Source: Clostridia bacterium
GTDB taxonomy: Bacteria > Bacillota > Clostridia > Christensenellales > Borkfalkiaceae
Length of the DNA: 53,793 nucleotides
NCBI GenBank assembly: GCA_900770685.1
Contig: CAAGLC010000120.1
Location: 1 to 53,793, forward strand
Direction: 5' to 3'
In this document: positions 8,115 to 16,304 of the stretch, one piece after another
Layout: the number at the start of each line of letters is the position of its first letter
How positions within the stretch are numbered: the stretch's first letter is position 1
Made by a program: the position numbers and the translations under genes
The notes under the pieces: model-generated
The model's input: only the letters and a program-made list of their open reading frames with translations
Database searches by the model: none
Told to the model about the DNA's origin: nothing

Positions 8115-8996
8115 ATGAATTACACCATTGAAAATGAAAAACTTCGCGTCGTAATTTCCGACTTTGGCGCAGAACTTCAATCAATTTACGGCAAGACTAC
8201 TGAATTTGAATACTTATGGCAAGGGCATCCCGACTATTGGACGGGAAAGGCTATAAACGTCTTCCCAATTTGCGGAAGATTATTTGATGAAAAATACGTT
8301 TATAACGGCGTTACTTACACTCTACCTTGTCACGGCTTTGCCCAAAACCAAACCTTTGAAGTCGCCGAGCAATCGGATAAAAAAATCGTTTTCGCTCTCC
8401 GTGAAAATCAAGAAACACTAAAAAACTATCCCTTTGCTTTTATATTAGAAATAATTTATTCAATAGCAGGGAACACTCTTAAAGTGGACTTTACAATTAC
8501 CAACACTGGAGATAAAGTTTTGCCGTTTTCGGTAGGTGGTCACCCAGGCTTTAATATTCCGCTAGATAATGGATTAGACTTTACCGACCATTATCTAGAA
8601 TTCAACTCGCCTTGCTCTCCCGAAACCTTAGTTTTATCCGAAACCTGCTTTTACACGGGAAAAAATCAACCTTATCCCCTAAAAAACGGCAAGATTATTC
8701 CACTTAAACACTCCTTATTCGATAACGACGCGCTATTTTTAACTAAGGTCGATAGTGCCATAACGCTAAAATCAGATAAAACTGACCGCTTTATTAGGGT
8801 TTCCTATCCCAATATGAAGTATTTAGGTTTTTGGCACAACCGTAAAACCGAAGCGCCTTTCGTTTGCATAGAACCGTGGACGGGCGTTCCCGCAATAGAC
8901 CAAGAGATCGACGATTTTAACGATAAAAAAGAATTCACTTATCTAGAGCCTAACCAAACCTCTTCAGTTTACTTCACCGTTGAGGTTAACGAATAA
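8115..8996 (+). CDS. Aldose 1-epimerase family protein (LacX-like)
   Basis: 293 aa with mutarotase-fold signatures (GGHPGFN, EPWTG). Confidence 0.75.
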   Translation: MNYTIENEKLRVVISDFGAELQSIYGKTTEFEYLWQGHPDYWTGKAINVFPICGRLFDEKYVYNGVTYTLPCHGFAQNQTFEVAEQSDKKIVFALRENQETLKNYPFAFILEIIYSIAGNTLKVDFTITNTGDKVLPFSVGGHPGFNIPLDNGLDFTDHYLEFNSPCSPETLVLSETCFYTGKNQPYPLKNGKIIPLKHSLFDNDALFLTKVDSAITLKSDKTDRFIRVSYPNMKYLGFWHNRKTEAPFVCIEPWTGVPAIDQEIDDFNDKKEFTYLEPNQTSSVYFTVEVNE

Positions 8997-9000
8997 AAAT

Positions 9001-9030
9001 AAAAAGCTGAGAAAACTCAGTCTTTTTTTT
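9001..9030. terminator. Short bidirectional hairpin terminator
   Basis: Stem ctgag/ctcag between an A-run and T8. It sits between convergent genes. Confidence 0.5.
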
Positions 9031-9035
9031 GCCTT

Positions 9036-9869
9036 TTATTTGTTGATTGCATTAATTAGTTTATCTAAAACGGGTTCAAAGCACGCTCCGTACCAATGAT
9101 CCTTTACGTCCTTTGTATATCTAATACACTCAACGGTATAATCGGCGGAAATTACCGACGCTTCAGATAAACTCTTGCCCCTTACGAACGCGCCAACTAA
9201 CGCCGAAGCGTATATATCGCCAGTACCGTGACAACTGTTGGAAAGTTTTTCGTGTTCGTAATAAAAATAACTCGTTTTATCAAAAACTACTACTCCCGTT
9301 TTGCCTTCACTATACGATACTCCCGTTAAAACTACTCGTTTTGCGCCGAGTAAAATTAGTTTTTCAGCAATATCTACTATATACTCCTTGTCGTACTCTT
9401 CCCTATATTCTACCCCCGTTAACAAACATGCTTCGGTTATGTTCGGAACTACTACGTCACACTCGCCTACTAATCTTCTCATTTCTCCTACGTAATTCAT
9501 ATCGAACGCAGGATATAGTTTTCCGTTATCAGCCATTGCAGGGTCAACTATTAAACTTGCTCCGTCTTTTAACGTCCTTTTAGTAATATCTAACACCGTT
9601 TCTATTTGTTCCTTACTGCCTAGATAACCGGTATATATTGCGTCAAACTTTATGCCCTCACTTACCCAATGGTCTAAAATCGACGGCATGTCCTGACTTA
9701 AATCTCTAAAAGTAAATCCCTTAAATCCTGCCGTATGCGTACTTAACACCGCAGACGGAAGTACTGCAGTTTCCACACCACAAGCGGATATTATAGGCAA
9801 CGCAACGGTTAGCGAACATTGACCAACGCACGAAACGTCTTGCACGGTTAAAATTCTTTTATATTCCAT
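9036..9869 (-). CDS. pdxK: Pyridoxal/pyridoxamine kinase (ribokinase superfamily)
   Basis: 277 aa. N-terminus ILTVQDVSCVGQCSLTVALPI and C-terminal GTGDIYASAL anion-hole motif, typical of PdxK/PdxY. Confidence 0.8.
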   Translation of the reverse strand: MEYKRILTVQDVSCVGQCSLTVALPIISACGVETAVLPSAVLSTHTAGFKGFTFRDLSQDMPSILDHWVSEGIKFDAIYTGYLGSKEQIETVLDITKRTLKDGASLIVDPAMADNGKLYPAFDMNYVGEMRRLVGECDVVVPNITEACLLTGVEYREEYDKEYIVDIAEKLILLGAKRVVLTGVSYSEGKTGVVVFDKTSYFYYEHEKLSNSCHGTGDIYASALVGAFVRGKSLSEASVISADYTVECIRYTKDVKDHWYGACFEPVLDKLINAINK

Positions 9870-9908
9870 ATTTTTTCTCCTTTTTACGTTTACATTTTAT
9901 CACCATTG

Positions 9909-9952
9909 TGGTATTATGTAAATAACCAAAACAATAAAGTATTATAATACCA
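9909..9952. promoter_or_regulatory. Candidate MocR/PdxR operator: perfect 9-bp inverted repeat
   Basis: TGGTATTAT (9909-9917) and ATAATACCA (9944-9952) are separated by 26 nt in the pdxK/mocR divergent intergenic region. The ATACCA core resembles GabR-type half sites. Confidence 0.45.
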
Positions 9953-9963
9953 GAATAATTATT

Positions 9964-11022
9964 ATGAATAAATATTTAACCATTTACAACCAAATAAAAT
10001 CGCAAATTAAGAGCGGAATATATAAGGCTGGGCAAAAACTTCCTTCCAAGAGAGTGTTAGCCGAGCGAAACGGAGTTAGCGTTATAACTGTTGAAAAGGC
10101 TTATGCAACCCTTTACGAAGAAGGTTACGTTTACTCGGAAGAAAAAAAGGGATATTTCGTTAGTGAAATTGATCTACTTTTCGGGATGGGCGAAGAAAAA
10201 CCTATAAATATTGAATACGTTAAAGAGCCTTTATGCGAATATAAGCTCGATTTCGAACACGGTCTTTGGTTTAAGACGGTTAGAAAGGTCATTTCTGAAA
10301 AGGCCGATGAACTTTTTATCAAATCCCCCTCTAAAGGTTGCGCGATACTTAGAAACGCCATTTCCGAATACCTACAAAAATGCAGGAATATGATTGCACC
10401 GCCAAAAAACGTTATTATCGGTTCTGGGGCAGAGCAGTTATACGAAACGGTAGTTAAACTTTTGGGGCGTGATAAAATTTACGCCATTGAAGACCCATCC
10501 TATCAAAAAATTTACGACGTTTATAAAGGGCTCGGAGCGACGGTCAAACTTCTCAAAATGGGTTCAGACGGCATTGAGACAGACTGGCTAAAAAATCAAG
10601 AGTTCGACATATTACACGTTACTCCTTTTAATAGTTTTCCGTCTGGGATAACTACTTCGGCATCAAAAAAATACGAATATCTAAAATTTGCAGAACAAAA
10701 AAATCTTTATATCCTTGAAGACGATTTTGCTAGTGAGTTCTACACGAGAGGAAAGCCTATCGAATCACTTTACTCGTTAGACAAAAATAACAGAGTTATT
10801 TACGTTAATACTTTTTCGCTTAGTTTATCCCCGTCAATGCGTATGGGGTATATGATTTTACCAGACGCGTTACTTGAAAAATACGATAAAATTTTAGGTG
10901 GTTTTTCTTGCACCGTTCCCGTTATGGAGCAATACGTATTGGCAGAGTTTATTAAAAACGGTAGTTTTGAAAGGCACCTAAATAGAGCAAGGCGTAAACT
11001 ACAAAAAAAGAAAACGACTTAA
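9964..11022 (+). CDS. MocR/PdxR-like regulator (GntR HTH fused to a fold-type I aminotransferase-like domain), short 352-aa form
   Basis: N-terminal GntR wHTH (LPSKRVLAERNGVSVITVEKAY) and an AAT-like domain. The usual SK(T)L PLP-lysine position reads FSLSLSPSMRMGY. The ORF ends about 100 aa earlier than I expect for canonical MocR proteins. Confidence 0.7.
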   Translation: MNKYLTIYNQIKSQIKSGIYKAGQKLPSKRVLAERNGVSVITVEKAYATLYEEGYVYSEEKKGYFVSEIDLLFGMGEEKPINIEYVKEPLCEYKLDFEHGLWFKTVRKVISEKADELFIKSPSKGCAILRNAISEYLQKCRNMIAPPKNVIIGSGAEQLYETVVKLLGRDKIYAIEDPSYQKIYDVYKGLGATVKLLKMGSDGIETDWLKNQEFDILHVTPFNSFPSGITTSASKKYEYLKFAEQKNLYILEDDFASEFYTRGKPIESLYSLDKNNRVIYVNTFSLSLSPSMRMGYMILPDALLEKYDKILGGFSCTVPVMEQYVLAEFIKNGSFERHLNRARRKLQKKKTT

Positions 11023-11062
11023 AAAAACAATCATAAACTTTAAATTTTTCATATAATAGACT

Positions 11063-11551
11063 ATGAAAATTTACGAATACGATAGAAATCTTGCGGTAAA
11101 TTACGCAAGGGAGTGGGCTTATAAAAGAAATCCTAAGTACTACGATTTTTCTTCCATAGGGGGCGATTGTACCAACTTCGTTTCGCAATGCATATTTAGT
11201 GGGTGTTCGGTTATGAACTATAGCGCTAACGGTTGGTATTATATTTCTCTTCAAAAAAGAAGCCCGTCTTGGACGGGAGTGGAGAATTTATTTATATTTC
11301 TAACGGAAAATAACAAAGCAACTAACAAAATAGGTCCTTTCGCCGAAGAAACAGCCTTGGCGAATTGTTCGGTTGGCGACGTCGTTCAACTTGGCAACGA
11401 AAATAAATTTTTTCATACTGCGATAATCGTTGATTACTATAACGATATGCCGTTAGTCGCTTCCCACTCGAGAGATACCTTTGCTTCTCCCCTATCGGTT
11501 TTTAATTTCAGTCGAATAAGATGCTTAAAAATTTTAGGTTACGGAAAATAA
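11063..11551 (+). CDS. Putative amidase-domain protein (NlpC/P60-CHAP-like cysteine peptidase fold)
   Basis: 162 aa with GGDCTNFVSQC and a downstream His (FFHTAIIV), typical of the putative amidase domain family. Confidence 0.6.
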   Translation: MKIYEYDRNLAVNYAREWAYKRNPKYYDFSSIGGDCTNFVSQCIFSGCSVMNYSANGWYYISLQKRSPSWTGVENLFIFLTENNKATNKIGPFAEETALANCSVGDVVQLGNENKFFHTAIIVDYYNDMPLVASHSRDTFASPLSVFNFSRIRCLKILGYGK

Positions 11552-11579
11552 AAACGCCACTAAAAAGTGGCGTTTTTTT
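11551..11579 (+). terminator. Rho-independent terminator
   Basis: Stem acgccac/gtggcgt followed by a T-run. Confidence 0.8.
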
Positions 11580-11655
11580 TGGAGCTACTGACCGGATTCG
11601 AACCGGTGACCTGCTGATTACGAATCAGCTGCTCTACCAGCTGAGCCACAGTAGC
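11580..11655 (-). tRNA. tRNA-Thr (anticodon CGU), CCA encoded
   Basis: The reverse complement GCTACTGTGGCTCAGCTGGTAGAGCAGCTGATTCGTAATCAGCAGGTCACCGGTTCGAATCCGGTCAGTAGCTCCA folds as a cloverleaf. The anticodon loop is TTCGTAA. Confidence 0.92.
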
Positions 11656-11695
11656 ACTAAATCACTATGAAAAGGAATTTTTTAATTGCTAAACT

Positions 11696-11724
11696 ATTCT
11701 AACATAATTTTTATAAAATATCAA
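11696..11724 (-). promoter_or_regulatory. Sigma-A type promoter for tRNA-Thr
   Basis: Minus strand TTGATA, 17-nt spacer, TGtTAGAAT (extended -10). Confidence 0.55.
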
Positions 11725-11813
11725 GAAAATATCGTTAATTTCTCTCTTTATTTTATTATCCCGTTTTATCCTGCCTTTTTATACTTTACTAACAGTAAAA
11801 CACGGAAATTATC

Positions 11814-11842
11814 TTGAAAAAAACTTTAAGTTTTGGTAAAAT
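11814..11842 (+). promoter_or_regulatory. Sigma-A type promoter placed for a leaderless transcript
   Basis: TTGAAA, 17-nt spacer, TGgTAAAAT. The -10 ends 7 nt before the ATG at 11849 and there is no SD. Confidence 0.5.
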
Positions 11843-11848
11843 ATAGTT

Positions 11849-12523
11849 ATGAAATACCATATTGATACGGGATTAATCATCCAAAAATTTCAAGAAGACC
11901 ACGAGTGCCCTTTGTGCGCCATACAATCGATCGTTGAAGACCAGTTTTTACACGAATACTTAAACGACGCTGTTATGGAAGACAGTTCGAGAAAAACGGT
12001 AAACGAACTGGGGTTTTGCGAGCGTCACTTTTTAAAACTTTTCGAGCGACCAAACAAACTTTCGGTTGCACTTCAAACTCAAACGAGAACCGATTATATA
12101 CTAAAAAATCTTTCGACGGTAAATAACGAGCGTTCGGCAAAAAAACAAGCCAAAAAAATTGAAGCGCTTTTATCAACCTGCACGGTTTGCAGTTTAACAG
12201 AAAAAAGCATGGTTAGATACTACAAAACGATTGCGCAAATGTTCGTTAAAGAAAAAGAGTTTATGAAAATGCTTATGACTAGCAAAGGTTTTTGCTTAAA
12301 ACATTACTCCGAACTTCTAAAATACGTTTCGTACGCAGGTTTTGCTAAAAACGAATACGCTAGCGTTTTATATAACTTAGAAATAAAAAATATTAAGAGA
12401 ATAAAGGAAGATATTTCTCTTTATTGTGACAAACACGACTATAGAAACGCAAATAAACCGCTAGGCTCGGCAACGACCGCTCTTCCCCGTATGAAAGAAA
12501 AACTTTACGGTAAAGACCAATAA
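11849..12523 (+). CDS. Cys-rich protein with an internally duplicated CxxC...GFCxxH module (DUF6062-like), unknown function
   Basis: C20PLC23...GFC57ERHF and C111TVC114...GFC149LKHY have near-identical spacing (34 and 35 residues). Confidence 0.6.
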   Translation: MKYHIDTGLIIQKFQEDHECPLCAIQSIVEDQFLHEYLNDAVMEDSSRKTVNELGFCERHFLKLFERPNKLSVALQTQTRTDYILKNLSTVNNERSAKKQAKKIEALLSTCTVCSLTEKSMVRYYKTIAQMFVKEKEFMKMLMTSKGFCLKHYSELLKYVSYAGFAKNEYASVLYNLEIKNIKRIKEDISLYCDKHDYRNANKPLGSATTALPRMKEKLYGKDQ

Positions 12524-12545
12524 ATTAATTCTTAAGCCTTATATT

Positions 12546-13130
12546 TTACTCTTTAACGTTGATTGCCTGTTCTATTAGCGCTAAAACTGCTTCTTTGCCC
12601 AAATTGGTTTGAGCAGAAGTAGCAATAACGTTATCCACGCCTACTTTTAGGTGCTTTGCGATATTAATTAGACTAGGCTTTATTTTAGATTTAGATATTT
12701 TATCCGACTTTGTTGCAACTATTGAAAACGGCATAACGTAATGATAAAGATAATTTATCATCATTTTATCGTCTTCGGTTGGGTCGTGCCTAATATCTAC
12801 TAACGATATTACTAGTTTAACCTTTTGCGTTGCTAAAAACTCTTCTAAAAGTTCCGCCCACTTTAGTTTTTCTTCCTTGCTAACTTTTGCAAATCCGTAT
12901 CCCGGAAGGTCTGCTAAAACGAATTCGCCAAAATCAAAATAATTGACCAATCTCGTTCTACCCGGCGTAACCGAAGTTCTTGCAAGTTTGTTTTGCCCTG
13001 CAAGCATATTTATTATAGAACTTTTACCGACGTTTGATTTACCAACCACGCAAATCAACGGTTTATCGGTTTTATAAAAGTTGTTTTTTGATGCAACGCT
13101 AGTAATAAAGGTTGCGTTTTTTATTTTCAT
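12546..13130 (-). CDS. engB: Ribosome biogenesis GTPase YsxC/EngB
   Basis: G1 GKSNVGKSS, G3 DLPGYG, G4 TKSDK. I prefer the ATG at 13130, which has an AAGGTGG SD and lies 2 nt after the lon stop, over the listed GTG at 13139. Confidence 0.9.
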   Translation of the reverse strand: MKIKNATFITSVASKNNFYKTDKPLICVVGKSNVGKSSIINMLAGQNKLARTSVTPGRTRLVNYFDFGEFVLADLPGYGFAKVSKEEKLKWAELLEEFLATQKVKLVISLVDIRHDPTEDDKMMINYLYHYVMPFSIVATKSDKISKSKIKPSLINIAKHLKVGVDNVIATSAQTNLGKEAVLALIEQAINVKE

Positions 13131-13132
13131 AC

Positions 13133-15463
13133 CTACCACCTTATTGCGTTTTTGAACACTTCCTTAACGTCCTTAACCTCAATAAATTTTAAATGTTTTC
13201 TGATAGTTGACGGAATTTGCTCTAAATCTTTTTTGTTAGATTCCGGAATAATTATAGTTTTAATTCCCTTTCTATAAGCGCCAAGCGCCTTTTCCTTTAG
13301 TCCGCCTATCGCTAAAACCTTTCCCCTTAAGGTTATCTCGCCCGTCATTGCAACACTACATTTAACGGGTTTTTTAGTAAACGCCGATAAAATTGCCGTC
13401 GCCATAGTAATTCCTGCGCTCGGTCCGTCCTTTGGCGTTGCGCCTTCGGGAACGTGAATATGAATATCGGTTTTAGAAAATTTTTCTTTTTCTATGCCGT
13501 ACTCTTCGGCGTGCGAACGAATATAACTAATACTTGCTCTTGCAGACTCTTTCATAACGTCGCCAAGTTTACCTGTCAAGTGAACTTCCCCACTACCTTC
13601 CATTAAACTAACTTCAATAGTTAAAGTCGTTCCTCCAACGCTCGTCCACGCAAGACCGGTGCAAGCCCCAACTTCGTCGCCGTCTAACGTCTCGCCCCTT
13701 AAATACTTTTTAACGCCTAAATATGCCACCGCTTTATCTTGATCGATTATTTGCTTTGCAACTCTTTTACTGCTTGCAACCTTAGTTGCAACCTTTCTCA
13801 CTATGCTTGCAAGTTCACGCTCTAAGTTTCTAACGCCCGATTCCATAGTATAATTTTCTATAACCGTTTTGATTGCCGAATCGGTTATTTCAATCTTTTT
13901 ATCGTTTAAGCCGTTAAGTTCTACCAGTTTAGGAATTAAATATCTTTTTGCGATTTGAAGTTTTTCTTCGTCTGTATATCCGGTAATTTCAATAATCTCC
14001 ATACGGTCAAGCAACGGATATGGTATGGTATCGACTGAATTTGCCGTAGTTATAAACATTACTTCCGATAAATCAAACGGAACTTCTATAAACCTATCTC
14101 TAAAAGTTGAATTCTGTTCGGGGTCTAAAACTTCTAAAAGAGCAGAAGACGGGTCGCCGTGAATATCTACGGAGAGTTTATCTATTTCGTCAAGTAAGAA
14201 CACGGGGTTTTTAGAATTTGCGTTCTTTAATCCGTAAATAATTCTGCCCGGCATTGCACCAACGTAAGTTTTTCTATGTCCTCTAATTTCCGCTTCGTCC
14301 TTAACGCCACCTAAACTCATCCTAACGAACTTCCTGTTTAACGCCCTTGCGATTGACGTTGCAACCGAAGTTTTACCAACTCCCGGTGGACCTACGAAAC
14401 ACAATATTGGTCCTCTAATCTTTTTAGTGAGTTTTAATACCGCCAAATATTCAGCTATTCTTTCCTTAACCTTTTCTAGCCCAAAATGGTCGCTATCTAA
14501 AACTTCTTTAGCGACGGCTAAATCTTTGGTGTCTTGCGTTCTGTCGTTGAACGGCAATTCTAAAATCCAATCTATATAGTTTAATAATATTGAATAATCG
14601 GGTGAAGACGGATTAACTTTATTTAATCTTTGAACTTCCTTTAGTACCTTTTCTTCGGTTTCTTTAGGGAGTTTTTTGTCCTTAATTTTTTGTATAAGGG
14701 TGTCGCTATCTTCGTCCTTTTCGCCGAGTTCGTCTTTGATTGCCTTAATTTGTTCCCTTAAGAAAAACTCTTTTTGGCTTTTATCAATACTCTTTTTAAC
14801 CTTTTCGCTTATTTTTTTCTCAATATCTAAAACTTCTATTTCCTTTCTCAATAAGGTGTGAAAAAATTCTGCTCTCTTTTTAGTTTCGTCAATCTGCAAA
14901 AAACTTAAAACGTCGCTATCTTTAAGATTAACCACCGAAATAGCGTTATCCATAAAGGCGTTTATGGAGTTTAATTCGCTTACGACCGAATACATTTCCT
15001 TGCTAATTTTCTTTAGGTTAAGAGCGTAGTCCTTAAACGCCGAATTAACTATTCTAAAATAGGCTTCCTCTTCTATTTTATCCTCTATCGGAATATAATC
15101 GGCGCGTTCGACTATAGCGGAAAAATAGTTTTTCGTATCGCAAAATTTAACTATTTTCGCACGGTAAAGCCCCTCGACGTTAACCTTAAACAAGTTTTGC
15201 GAGGGTTTAATTATTTGTTTAATTTTAGCAACCACTCCAATTGTTGAGATGTCCGATTTTCTCGGCGAATCTATAAACACGCTCTTTTGTGGAGCGATAA
15301 AAATTTCCGACTGCATAGATACTGCCGTTTCCACCGCCGTCACCGATATTGGCCTTCCAACTTCGAAGTTTAAAAAGGTGTTTGGTAAAAATACCTTTCC
15401 CCTTAAAGCAACTACGGGAAGTTCCACCGTTTGATTTTCAATTACGTTCTTTTGTTCTGTCAT
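13133..15463 (-). CDS. lon: ATP-dependent Lon protease (LonA)
   Basis: LON N-domain, AAA+ Walker A GPPGVGKTS, and protease domain PKDGPSAG. 776 aa. Confidence 0.95.
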   Translation of the reverse strand: MTEQKNVIENQTVELPVVALRGKVFLPNTFLNFEVGRPISVTAVETAVSMQSEIFIAPQKSVFIDSPRKSDISTIGVVAKIKQIIKPSQNLFKVNVEGLYRAKIVKFCDTKNYFSAIVERADYIPIEDKIEEEAYFRIVNSAFKDYALNLKKISKEMYSVVSELNSINAFMDNAISVVNLKDSDVLSFLQIDETKKRAEFFHTLLRKEIEVLDIEKKISEKVKKSIDKSQKEFFLREQIKAIKDELGEKDEDSDTLIQKIKDKKLPKETEEKVLKEVQRLNKVNPSSPDYSILLNYIDWILELPFNDRTQDTKDLAVAKEVLDSDHFGLEKVKERIAEYLAVLKLTKKIRGPILCFVGPPGVGKTSVATSIARALNRKFVRMSLGGVKDEAEIRGHRKTYVGAMPGRIIYGLKNANSKNPVFLLDEIDKLSVDIHGDPSSALLEVLDPEQNSTFRDRFIEVPFDLSEVMFITTANSVDTIPYPLLDRMEIIEITGYTDEEKLQIAKRYLIPKLVELNGLNDKKIEITDSAIKTVIENYTMESGVRNLERELASIVRKVATKVASSKRVAKQIIDQDKAVAYLGVKKYLRGETLDGDEVGACTGLAWTSVGGTTLTIEVSLMEGSGEVHLTGKLGDVMKESARASISYIRSHAEEYGIEKEKFSKTDIHIHVPEGATPKDGPSAGITMATAILSAFTKKPVKCSVAMTGEITLRGKVLAIGGLKEKALGAYRKGIKTIIIPESNKKDLEQIPSTIRKHLKFIEVKDVKEVFKNAIRW

Positions 15464-15470
15464 CTTTCAC

Positions 15471-16283
15471 CTATTTACTCTTGATACAATACTTGTTCAA
15501 TAATTCTCTAACCGGTTGTTCGTTAAACGGAACGGTTATCTCTTTAGCGTATTTTTTGAGTTCTTCCATACCGTCGCCAACAGCAACACCGTGCCAAGGT
15601 CCGTCTAGTAAACTTATATCGTTAGTCGAATCCCCAACTGCGATTACTTGACTTAAAGGTAAATTAAAATACTCTGCAATTTTTCTAACGGCTTGTCCTT
15701 TAGACCACTTAGGACTAACTACTTCTAAAATGTTTTTAGAACTCTTGTTAACTATAAGTTTGCCTTCGTATTTCTTCGAAAGTTTTTTAACCGTTTGTTC
15801 AACGATTTCCGGCTCTGATAGCGATAAAACCTTTCTTATTTTACCTTTCGTGTTAAGGGTGAAATCCAATAAATTGTCCACCTTAACACCGTCCACGCAA
15901 ACGAGTTTTTCGTAAACTTTTATATATTCGCCTTGATTTTCATAGTGATATAAATCGTCGATATATACTCCGGTGTCTATGCCCTCAGCCATTAAATCCT
16001 TAATAATTTCTACAGCCAACTCGTTTTCAATTCCGCCGTTAAAAATCTCTTTACTACTATGTAAATCAACTGCTAGCGAGCCTTGAAAAGCAACGACAAC
16101 TCCACTAAGACCATACTTTTCGCAAACTTTTTTTATGGATAAATACGACCTTCCCGTGCAAATAACGAATATTCCACCGTCAGAGACGTATCGTTTAACG
16201 GCTTCAACCGTTTCACTCTCCATTTTATCAGGCGCAAGCCCTAACGTCCAATCAAAATCACTTATAAATAACTTGTATTTCAT
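15471..16283 (-). CDS. Cof-type HAD-IIB family phosphatase
   Basis: DFDWTL motif I and GDSTND motif IV, 270 aa. Confidence 0.8.
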   Translation of the reverse strand: MKYKLFISDFDWTLGLAPDKMESETVEAVKRYVSDGGIFVICTGRSYLSIKKVCEKYGLSGVVVAFQGSLAVDLHSSKEIFNGGIENELAVEIIKDLMAEGIDTGVYIDDLYHYENQGEYIKVYEKLVCVDGVKVDNLLDFTLNTKGKIRKVLSLSEPEIVEQTVKKLSKKYEGKLIVNKSSKNILEVVSPKWSKGQAVRKIAEYFNLPLSQVIAVGDSTNDISLLDGPWHGVAVGDGMEELKKYAKEITVPFNEQPVRELLNKYCIKSK

Positions 16284-16304
16284 AATCTCTCCGTAACAAC
16301 TACA

